A stretch of 64,000 nucleotides of DNA from Octopus bimaculoides. Its lineage: Eukaryota. Below the pieces are notes generated by a model. It did no database searches. It had not been told where the DNA came from and worked only from the letters and a program-made list of their open reading frames with translations. Of the stretch, positions 52,731 through 64,000 are shown one piece after another; the first letter of the stretch is position 1, and each line of letters begins with the position of its first letter. The stretch covers positions 165,175,790 through 165,239,789 of the forward strand of contig NC_068982.1 in NCBI RefSeq assembly GCF_001194135.2. The letters run 5' to 3'. The translations under genes were made by a program, and so were the position numbers.

Positions 52731-52924
52731 TAGCATATATGCTGTGTTCACACTAAATAAGGGCTCCGATCCAGCGAGTAGTCTTCAACATTTTCCCGTG
52801 TACATTGCTTTTAATCCAATATGCAATATGTTATTTATATAACACCGTTAACGAAAAAGGAAAACGGCATATTTCTCTCGAAGTTACTAAGATTTATATA
52901 TGTGTGCTTGCATACTATTTACTT

Positions 52925-53128
52925 GTTTAAATCATTGGCCTGCGGCCATGCACGCGGCTGTCTCTAGAGTTATTAGTCGAACGAATCGATCGTCTGTACT
53001 GATTGTTTTCTAAAGGCTAGTTACCTATACTATCGTCTCTTTTGTTCACCCGTTAAGTGACGCGGACGTTAATAAAGCAACAGTGGTTGTAAAGCGGTGG
53101 TGGGGGACAAATACAAACGCGAGTAAGA

Positions 53129-53130
<2 letters not shown>
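52925..53130 (-). mobile_element. SINE family B 3' half, diverged (short tails of the same family also at about 7075-7200, 27900-27975, 49085-49140)
   Basis: tcattggcctgcggccatgc...tagtcgaacgaatcgat...gggggacaaatacaaac is the reverse complement of the 9190-9390 region. Confidence 0.72.
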
Positions 53131-53163
<33 letters not shown>

Positions 53164-53250
53164 CATGTATGTATATGTATACATATATTTATACACTTAC
53201 ATATATATATAAATGTATTATTATATATGCACTCATCTATAAATTTAGAA

Positions 53251-53302
<52 letters not shown>

Positions 53303-53347
53303 CTTGGGTATATATTATATATGCTTATTGTATTACATGCATGTACT

Positions 53348-53401
<54 letters not shown>

Positions 53402-54789
53402 TGTGTGTGTGTGAGTGTGTGTGTGTGTGTGTGCGTGTGTGCATGTGTGTGTATGTTTGTTTCTATAAACATTTACTCAATAATTGTAAATCGGACAAAA
53501 TATATATTGCCGGACTCATGGTTCACTCTCAGTCTTCTATTTGATTGTTTATTGTAAATGGCTGCACATAACTTCACTAAGTGAAGAGATACTGTTTACA
53601 GTGACTTCAAAGTTTCAGCCAGTCGGACTGCTTGACTGGCCGAAATTTCGAAGTCATTGTCAGCAATGTCATTCTTGAGGAATAAATTTACACTCTGCAA
53701 ATTATACAGTAACCCTCAGATTTTTTATTATAAGATAAATATATACACACACACACATACATATATACACACACACACGAGTAAATAAATATATATACAG
53801 CGAGAGAGAGAGTGAGAGAGAGAGAGAGAAAGAGAGGTTGACTAATATATAGATAGATATAGATTTAGATCTATATATATTTTTCTTTTCCTTAGCTTAG
53901 AGGCCGGCGTCACATGCTTATTCCTTAACTCTATTGAACGTATTGCTTTCAACGAGACATCAATAAGAATATAAGAAAATAATATTTGATAGCAATAATT
54001 TGAAAATATGTTTTGGTGAAGTGCTTAATAGACTGCTTTTTAAATGGAAACCAAAATAAATAGGAAAAAATGAAGTGATTTGAAAGTTTAAAGAATATGT
54101 CCATGTGTAGGTCCAGGTGTAGGTCTGTGTGTGAGAGACTTCTTGTACTAAAATTGGAAATATTTCCTCTCAAATATTTCCTTTAAGCCTATTATATTCT
54201 CTCTTACGATATGACACAAACTGTAATTGTAATAATCATTTAAATCATAAGGTAGTGATGAAATTATAGAAGTAAACCAAAATTTTGAATACTCGGTTAG
54301 GTAAGTAGGCTCAAAGCTTAGTTAGAATTAACAAATACACGATTTGTTTCTGAATTGTTTCATTCTTATTTCCTTCCTCCGTTTTCTATGGCATTTCTTC
54401 CTAAATTCTTTGTTTCTTTCTGCATTTCTTTTTTTCATCTCTTTCTTTTCTTTTCTTTATCTTTATTTTTTTCTTTATCTTTATATTTTTTTTTACTTTC
54501 TATAGTTTCTTTATTTGTTTTTTTCTTCCATTTTCACGCCTTTCTTTCGTTCATTCTGCTACTCCCTCATTCTATCTGTATTTCTTATCTGTTTCTTTTC
54601 TTGTAAGCTTTGGTTTCTGCCAGGTTTATCTAATTTGATGTTAAAGGAAAGAAATATTCTAAACATAAGTGGTTGTAATACATAATACATGTAGAAATAT
54701 TAGAATATACAGAATGAAGCATAGATATAAAATATAAGTGTGTATTAAAACAATATGAAAGAATCTTTTTCTCTATTAGTCACTGTAAT

Positions 54790-54975
54790 AACGCAGCGAG
54801 AAGGCAGAATCTTTAGAGCATTGAAAGAATGCTTGAAAGCTCTTTGCGTTCTGATTTCAATTCTCACTGAGGTCAGCCTAACCTTATATCCCTCTGGGGA
54901 CGATAAAATAAGATAACATTCAAGGACTGGGGTTGATATCATCGACTATCCCCTTCCTCTTAAACATTGTTTCCA
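54790..54975 (+). mobile_element. Old SINE family A copy
   Basis: gcagcgagaaggcagaatc...ctgatttcaattctcactgagg...ggactggggttgatatcatcgac. Confidence 0.6.
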
Positions 54976-57900
54976 AAACACTCTAAATGATCAATCATTC
55001 AACACAAGCGAAAATTTATTTAAATGACCTGCTAGAATGAGATTTATTACACCAGCCCGGTTGAATGTTACAGCAGTAATATGTTTTCTTGCGGGGAACC
55101 CACCTTCAATGGAATCTTACTTCCACTGCTTTTGCACCCTGTTGATATATTTATCCTTGGTCTTGACTTAACTCACCAAACTGGAAAGTGACTAAACGAC
55201 TGCAGATCTTGATATTGTGAGCGGCAATTTTATTAAAATATAACATATTCTCTACTATTTCAATTTTGGCTGCCATCGCCCGTTCACCTCTTTATTGCAA
55301 TGATACGCTTACATTTACACTCCGGTGTTTCTTATTCTATTTCTCAATTCCCACGATTTATAGCTCACTGAGTTGATGTTGCACTAAGTTTCTTGTTTAT
55401 TCAGAACTTCTTTACACTAATGTAGAAGAAAATTTTCTTGTATTTTGAGAAATAATGATAATATATAGCTGCGTGCACATGTTAATCTGAAACGTGGTGA
55501 TGCATTATGTTGTATGTTAACAACACAAAAATGCAGTGATTCGAAGCAATAGACATTACAATTTCATATCCGTAGATCGTGACTATCGTATTCTCACTAG
55601 TGAGTGCATATAAGTTCATATTGAAAATTATCTGTTTGTTTTCAACTGGATAAAAATGTTCCGATTATGGTTCATAAACCTCCAAAGACGAAAAACAATA
55701 TCATATCTGCAGTATATAATCATTTCTTCTTTAATTCTCTTACAGGTTTTAGTCATTGGGATAACATGCTCATGTCTCTTTTGTAGGGTTTAGTAATTTC
55801 TACTGATCCCAGTGCTTACTTTAGTATGACAACAGTAATATCTTTTGTTTGAATGAATTGTTTGAAATTCTGCACAGTGCTATGTTGATATATGACAATT
55901 GTATTTTTATTTATTACGTTCAATCCCAGACACCTGGAAAGAAATGTTTTCTGTGTTTGGGAAAAAGTTCGTATATATGAATTGTTTGTTTGTTTACATT
56001 TTGAAGCTCAAAATATTCAAATAAAACATCTCATTTAGAAAAGGGCAAAGTCTACCATATTTCCGTTAATAAACAGTGTCATTTCGTCACGTCGAAACGT
56101 TTCACGCAGCTGATGTGAATCAACTGTAACCCTCGAACAATATCGGTCGACATATTGTAAATTATTGGATACGTTTACAATTTTCTTGCAGTGGATTTTG
56201 TTTTAATATCATTCACGTGTTTGATTGTATTGTTGAAAACACTCATTCTTCAATCAAAATATCAGTGTTCGGATCCGTTTATTCTATTCTGCTTACTTGT
56301 GTGCCTGGTAAAGATTTTGGACATGACTTCGTTGTGATTGTTCATGTGATAGGAGTTCTCATTGATTATAAAGGACAGATGCATAAGTAGGTAGTTATAG
56401 TTTAATATGGTCCTTCCCGTCTTTCCATTATCAAATATCTTGCAATGTCTTTTTCTCGGGGAAGGAATGCACTATTTTGTACTGCAAATGCATAGTTTCC
56501 TTTTAGTATTTAAATAAAAACAACATAAAACTTAAACTCGTTATGAGGAATATCGTAAGTATTGAACAGAGATATGATTCTAAGTAAATACGAAAACAAT
56601 AAGCAAGTATCTATCGGCATGTTAGGGCTTGCCGCGCGAACATCAAATGAAAGAGAAAGAATACATCACTGGTATACCAACTACGGACACATGAAAATAC
56701 CAACAGCAGCTATCAAAAAGTGAATTTCAATACCGGTTCTAGGAGCAAATTCATTATTGAATAAATAAATTCATTATTTATGTTGTACTTTTTGGTTTGT
56801 AAACACAACTTTCACATTTCATATAAAATGTGTATGTATGTAAGTGAATTAGTGCCTGTGTGTGTATTTAATGTTATACAAGAGAAATATTGACAACTTA
56901 CTTTAATGAAGAGCAAAATATTGTTTATTTATAGGTATAACACAACTACTTATATAAAAACTGCTCTTAGTTTCCTATGAGAAGCATACCACAAGCGCGT
57001 CTATAAAAAAAATCTTTCATTCAAAAGGTAGGGCTAAGTAACATGAATTATTCAAGTTTACTATTTGTGGAGTTTTGATAGAGACGAAACCTTGTGCAAT
57101 TCGTCTTTGATAGGCAATGAGCGGTCCTGGTGGAGTAATTCTGTTAACTGCTTAGTTACAGCCACAAACTGAAGATGTGATACGTGAAATCAGAATGACT
57201 AAATCTGAAGTTCTGGTTGTTACAATCACAAATAAACTCTCCTTTATTATTGAGTATTATCTGTACATACCTAATCTAAAGTACATTTGCAGCAAACCCT
57301 TGTGGTGGAACACCAACAAAAGACAAACGTGAATAGTGAAACATAAATAGGTATCCTTCGGATTTCTCCGCTAAAATTATTTGCTTACCTTCAGGGAAAT
57401 ACACAAAAAAGAATAAACATAAAAAATATGGAGACAAGCTTCAGTTACGTGTAGTAATTTTTGTTAATGTAAAATGAGACACAGCTAAACATAACAACAT
57501 TGGATTCAAATGACAAAAAAAAAAAAAACGTCTGCCAACATGTAGTGTATATACAATTTTTAGAACGGAATAGTGAAATGAGAATAATTAGATGTGAGGG
57601 GTAAAATGTTACAAAAATAAATGTCACTCTGTAGAATTGAGTAGATACACGTTTGTTGTCTGTACTTGCACACTCAAATGCACATCAGTCTTCACACATA
57701 CATAAATACATACACAATGGCAACTACACACACACTCATGTTATTTTGAAAATAACAACATATATATATATATATATATACAGAGAGAGACGGAGAGACA
57801 GAGAGATATAAACGTGTCCAAATGAGTATATCTATGGCTATATAGATTCATATATCTACTTGTTTAAATAATCCTACACTCAAACACGCACACACACATC

Positions 57901-58141
57901 TATTTNNNNNNNNNNATAGATAGATAGATAGATACATAGATAGATAGATAATTCACATTTCTGTATATACACGCATAATTGAATAACAATGTACCTGATT
58001 CGAATCCCAAAAGTAATTGGTATATTATTTTCAACACAAAAGAAAATATTGCGACTACTTGGGCTTTGCATAGCAGTTCCAAACTTCTCCCAACGGGTTT
58101 CCCATCTCTATAATTACATCTTTTTATTATTAGATTTTTAG

Positions 58142-58201
<60 letters not shown>

Positions 58202-59071
58202 GTTATTATCGTCGTCGTCGTTGTTAGTATTACTGTTGTTAGTGTAGATTTCAAAAAAATTGTGAAGATATTAAGAATTGCAAGGAAAAAGTTACAGCAA
58301 CATCACAGAAGACTACACAAAGGAGAGCACATTAATAAAGACAAAAATAACATATGGTCTAAGAATAAGAACAAAGATTGTCGAGGAATAGTTACTAGAT
58401 ATCTATGCATGAAACTCATGAAAAATCAAAATACATCTCCCAATACAGATGGGAAAAATTTCTCATAGGATTGCAAGAAATGCAACAAGAGTTCGGCATA
58501 TATTCGTATAAACTTACATTCACACACACACAGATGTATATAGCTATTGTCGTAGTTGTTCGTATTACTGTTCGTTCTTTTACTACAATTATTGTTATTG
58601 TATATTGTTGTTTTATCTTTGATATCATTTTTAATAATCCTAAGTTGTTATTCTTTCTACAGTTATAGCTACAATATTAATATTCTAAAACATTATACAT
58701 ATAAACGTCTGCTATTGTTTAACATTTCCTTACTTTGGTGATTTACCTTTCAATTTTACTAAGTTATAAAACAGTATATTTAGTTAAGACGCAAATAAAG
58801 CGGAAGATAATATTTTCCAAATTTTACTTCTAATCTATTTGCATGTTGCGTCTTCATTACTTCAATTTTTCGTTTGATCAATGAAAGTAATCGCTCCGAA
58901 TAGGATTCCAAATCTGCTGGTAATAGGTAATATATTATTTATAAACATTGCATTGGAGAGCTAGTACATCCGTAAACCTACCAGACTGTATTTACTGTAA
59001 TGAAAGAAAACATTTTAAACAATATTCATAAACACACCTGCATCTCTCTTTTAATATCTCTCTCCCTCTCG

Positions 59072-59114
<43 letters not shown>

Positions 59115-59142
59115 TCTCTTTCTCTCTCTCTCNNNNNNNNNN

Positions 59143-59192
<50 letters not shown>

Positions 59193-60169
59193 TACACACA
59201 CACAAACTGTATATATATATCTTAAACTGCCTCTGTGATCTGACATCAAAATATATAATATTCATGGTACCTCTTCCCATGAATAAAACTCCAAAAGCAG
59301 TGCCTTAATTTATAAACTATACTTGTAGAGATCTTCACAACCTATAATTACAAGGCTCTACAGATAGATTATGATGAGATCCAAATTCTATGCATCACGT
59401 CTCTAAACTGCTGATATATTACATCAATTGCGGTATGTGAATAAGCGCGAAATGCACAATAAAATATTCCTTATATCACATATTAGCATAAGAATGTCAT
59501 TACCTTCTTCATTATTCAGCGCATTTCAAAGTTTCCGTCTTTAAATATAAACAAATGTAGTGAAGCTTCACCTTATGTTGTTGCATATGTTTCAAATTGA
59601 ATTTTGTAATGATTTGTAATGAGAGCAACAAATCAATGTATTCTAAAACAAAATGTAATTCGATTTTTAACTTGAGACATCAAGTCAATGAAAATCCTTA
59701 ACCTACTCGAATAAGAATACTTTTCAAATGCTTGAAAATCACTATACTCGTGTTAGACAATGCACTGTCTGCAGTCAAATAAATATCAAACAGGACTTTA
59801 ACATTAAAACATTTCAATAATCTAATCGGCATGAAAGCAAATCATCGAAATACATGATCGAAATGTATGAGGTTTAGCAGTATTGATAAGATTTTGTGTT
59901 ATACAGAATATAATAGTACAATGCATGACATAATACATATACATATAGATAGATATTTAGATACTCAGATAAGTTTCGGCCAGAATTGGCTCAGGTTATG
60001 ACTAACATTACTGCATCAATTAACAAACTTAACAGCATCAAGGCAGGTAATTATGCTTCATGATGCACTACTACTTTAAGCATCATAGTCCATTAGAGTG
60101 AAGAGTTAATGTTTGCAGAGATATATTCGGCCAGAGGTGGCATGTCTGGAACTTGTTGGAGGAATCTGT

Positions 60170-60590
60170 TCAGAAATTCAGTTCTATATTTAAGAGATGA
60201 GGAATTATGTACAACTTCAGTTCCCACCATCCATAGAGTGTAAAAAGAGGGATTGCTCAGTGCCTAAAACATCGTGCAAAGAATATAAGTAGTGATCGTG
60301 ATACACACCACGAAGAAATGATCAAGTTCAATAACGATCTGTTAAGCAACAGCTACCCCAAAAGTATACTATACACTCCAATTATGAAGAACAGAGAGAG
60401 GATGAGGCTAAAAAGCTGGCCACAGTCTGTCTACCCTATGTGAAAGGCCTCTCCAAAAAGATACAAAAGATATGCGGCCTATATGACATCAGAACAGTAT
60501 TCAAGAGTAATATAACACTTCGCAAATATCTCCTTCGAGGAAAACCACCAATAAAAGAGAATATTACCAAAGACTGCGTGTACTCCATCA
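60170..60590 (+). mobile_element. Penelope-like element fragment (end of RT to start of GIY-YIG)
   Basis: YNFSSHHP*SVKRGIAQCLKHRAKNI...NSYP...VCLPYVKGLSKKIQKIC...RKYLLRGKPP...DCVYSI; near-colinear with 18400-18476. Confidence 0.9.
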
Positions 60591-60594
60591 AAAT

Positions 60595-62180
60595 CAATGT
60601 CAGCATCATTCGGGCAATGTTTGAAGAGGAAAATCATTCAGTAAAAATGAAAACAAAAATGAATAATAAATAACAAAACGAAAGTATTCAATAATGAAAG
60701 TGTTTCGTCATTAATTCTATAATTTAATTTCCATAATTACCAGATTATAACTAAATCCACATTTAGAAATAATGAATTATTAAGGATCGTAAAAATGAAT
60801 ATTTTAATTTTAATTTTTTTAAGGATCTTAAGCATTTTTCAAACATAATTACATTTCGCTATAATTATTTCCGAATGACTTCCTTGATTTTTTTTATAAA
60901 CAGGTAACAATTTGATGCCAGTGAGAAGCGGTCGACATTAATGCTCAGATAAATGGAAACGTTTATTTACAATGAGGAGAGAAAAGTGTATCGTTTACTC
61001 GGTCATTTCTTTTAATGTGAGATTAAGAAGACAAGGAAAAAAATCTCACTTCAAAAGCTGCATTTCGTGGGGATAGAAATGCCGAAACAAAAGTGAGAAT
61101 GTGTTTTCATGTTAGGCAATTGGGGTCAAACAGGTAAAGGATAAATAAATAAGATTAAATAGATAAGAAGACGGGTAACATATCTAAGTCACTCAGTTTG
61201 CTATCTTAAGTTTTTAAATAAACTATCAGTAAAGAACAAGGTGAGGCAACATTTATTCAGAACTTAAGTTAGATATAACATTACATTTAAGTGTTTTCCA
61301 GTTACGTTCCAGTAATACATGGAACATCATGTAAAGAAAAATATCTCCACATGGATATTTGCTATCTGTGTGTAACAATTTGCTAATCACTGTAAACATG
61401 TTGTAATATTGCGAATTACGCAGACACATTTCATATGGGTATGTCTCAAGACATTTAAAAGTTTATTATGAGAATATTTTATCAGAGTAATATAAAACAT
61501 CGAAGATTACAATTATGTTATTCTTGTTTATGACATTGTATCTAACCGGGCAAATTTATGATCAAAGCCGTTCCGTTCGCGACCATCTACCATTTTTCTC
61601 ATGTAGTGTATCTATGACCACATTATGTAATGGACCCTAGTATTTTTAATGTTATTACGCTTGAATAATAAAGACTTTACTTCACTTTGTGGTATACGAA
61701 GCGTTTGCCCAGAGACATTACCGTTGGTTCATCACTTTTTGTTGTTAATGATGAGGATATTTATGTTGTATCAACTTCAGAAATGTTTTAATTGTATATA
61801 TATGTCTTCCAAAATCAACATGGTAACATCAGTCAGCGGTTTTTCGCTTTTCATATAGTGAAGAGACGTTTTCTGTCATTTACCCAGAGTTTAAATATTG
61901 AAATTTCCCCAAGACACCTGAAGAAGGTTGGAAGGTATATCAGCCGAAACGTTGTGTTAACAACAAACAAGATGAGGACAAATATCCGTCGAATGTAAGT
62001 AATGTAAATAATGTACCGTTCAGAAATTGTTTGAATATTTGAAGTCATTTTCCTTATGTGCATCATTTGGCAATGTTTGAAGAAGAAAATCATTCGGTAA
62101 AAATGAAAAAAAAAATGAATAATAAATAACAAAACGAAAGTATTCAATACTGAAAGTATTTCGTCATTAATTCTATAAGA
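60595..62180 (+). repeat. ~125 bp direct repeat pair (about 60600-60725 and 62062-62180)
   Basis: gcatcatt..ggcaatgtttgaaga.gaaaatcattc.gtaaaaatg...aacgaaagtattcaata.tgaaagt.tttcgtcattaattctataa shared. Confidence 0.92.
61913..61958 (+). ncRNA. Minimal type I hammerhead ribozyme in a PLE-like 3' tail
   Basis: Stem I GACAC/GUGUU; core CUGAAGA + extra A; stem II GGUUGG/UCAGCC with 8 nt loop; GAAAC directly followed by GUU (palindromic ACGU stem III); predicted cleavage after U61953. Confidence 0.8.
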
Positions 62181-64000
62181 GTGGAGTATATAAGTAGTAA
62201 AAAGCAACTATAAGAAGGTATTAAATGTAACATATCAGTGAAACAGTTTCAGAACTACATATGTGACGACTGTTATATTATATGACAAGGGTTAGCTTCA
62301 TGACGATGTTGTTACAACGTATTCCATTATATGTATGTCATGGAGGTGATAAAATAATTATTTACGAAATTATTAAACAATTCAAATCGTTGGCTTCAAT
62401 TTGTATGTCAAGTAATACTATTTATCAATAGTGTAACACATACATGATGTATGTGGATTATACGTCAAAATGTAGAAATTATAAACAAATAAAATATAAG
62501 TGGGTACTTGTGCACGGGTGCATATATGTATGCACATATGTGTGGATGTATCATATATCCATACATCATGTATGCAGATATATTGTTTCATGTATGTATA
62601 AAGCAGTAGGTTTGAGGGCTCCTACTGTCTACGTTTTATTGCATTTCTGGCGAAAACATTTCGATTACATTAATTTTTGTACTGATTTGAAATAGTAAAA
62701 TGTTCTAGAGATATACAAATTCATATAAGTCATCGTGTTTTACATAAATATGATGTCACTGTACATTATCTTCAATTCACTGGATATATTTTCTTAAAGT
62801 AGCCATAAACTATTTTACCATAATGATTTCTAAAAGTATACGTAGAGAATTCAAGCACATATTTAAATCACATACCTGAATGTATAAATATACAGATGTT
62901 ACTTATTTTCTCTAATTCTTAGCGCGACATAATTTTCGTGCTTATCTTAATTCTTCAATTATCTTGAAACCTTATATGAAACAAACTAACATGTAAACTG
63001 GGTAAATGTCCTGGACAACACACATATTATGTTCCTTCAAATTATTCATTAATATATCTACGAAATTACATAAGGCAGATATGACTGTTTCAACGAGTGC
63101 CAAAAGCAAAAACACACCTGCTACCTTTATCGACACTGAAACAATTTCATACGCAGCAATGAGCGTCCAGAAATAGACATGTGCTCATTTAAGAAAATAA
63201 ACAGTATCACGTAAAAGTGTAGCATTGTGTTATTATTAAATAGCAGGATTGGACTTCTTAAAGAGTTAAACACAAGTATATCAATTTTAGAAAACTAACT
63301 GAAAAAAATATACTGATTCGATATGTTAAACTGCAAGAAGCATAATTATGGAATAACAAATGATTACAGGTGATTACTGCAATTCCGCGTTTGCAAATAC
63401 CTTAAACCTAATGAAAATTATTCGTTCTTCACCGTAACTGTTTGAATGAAGGAGGCAGACAACATTGCTTTGAACGACAATATAATTATTTAAGAACAAA
63501 GTTAAAACAGGATATTTATTTTTTCATCCGCTAGAACACAGTTACAAGAATTGTAAATACAATCAAAGTTTATCAGCTTTGTTGATTTATCTGAGATATT
63601 TACGGCACGATTTCATAAGAATAAACAATTGATAGTTGAACGTTAACTACATTTAGTACAAGAGGAAACATTTTTTTTTTAAATATTAAACAAGAAAATG
63701 CGAAAACAAATCATAATAGCGTACGAAGCCAGTTTTCTATGATGGATAGGAAAATAGAACACGATGAAACCACTGAATGAGAAATACTAAAGGAGAAAAT
63801 TATCATTGCTATTCCAATCATTTATAAAAATAGTAATTTCTATGTTTTGTTTTCAATCACTTCAGACACAAAAGAAGCCATTATTAAATGATTTATCTAA
63901 CCAATACAAAACAATCCATTTTTTGTCTGAAATTATAAATTTGATAAAACAATAAAAAAAATATCCAAATTTGGCAAGAAGGAAAAAGTTAAAGTTTTAC

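Overview
AT-rich, microsatellite-dense animal genomic DNA with several N-gaps. The SINE families and repeat landscape look like a coleoid cephalopod, most likely Octopus; this is recognition and inference, not a search result. No intact host gene, true tRNA/rRNA gene or CRISPR array can be supported, and nearly all ORF-track entries are microsatellite or gap artefacts. The window is intronic or intergenic and packed with transposon relics: three tRNA-derived SINE families (about 20 copies or fragments), Penelope-like elements (PLEs; RT and GIY-YIG pieces), an R4/Dong-like LINE, RTE-type LINE pieces, hAT, mariner, Tc1, a Mutator/Phantom-like FLYWCH element and a possible P-like relic. The most notable items are: (1) a minimal type I hammerhead ribozyme with an intact core and palindromic stem III in a PLE tail (61913-61958); (2) a tRNA-like Pol III cassette plus (AAT)n tract behind a PLE GIY-YIG ORF, where other retroposons have stacked up (15.7-18.5 kb); (3) a ~700 bp inverted duplication (7.1/11.8 kb); (4) a dimeric SINE shown by a 17 bp TSD to have inserted as one unit; (5) an ancient ~1.2 kb direct duplication, one copy of which holds a candidate exon starting MGNCMS (myristoylation-like). 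I do not see a convincing wholly new biological system. The best lead is the PLE 3' RNA module.
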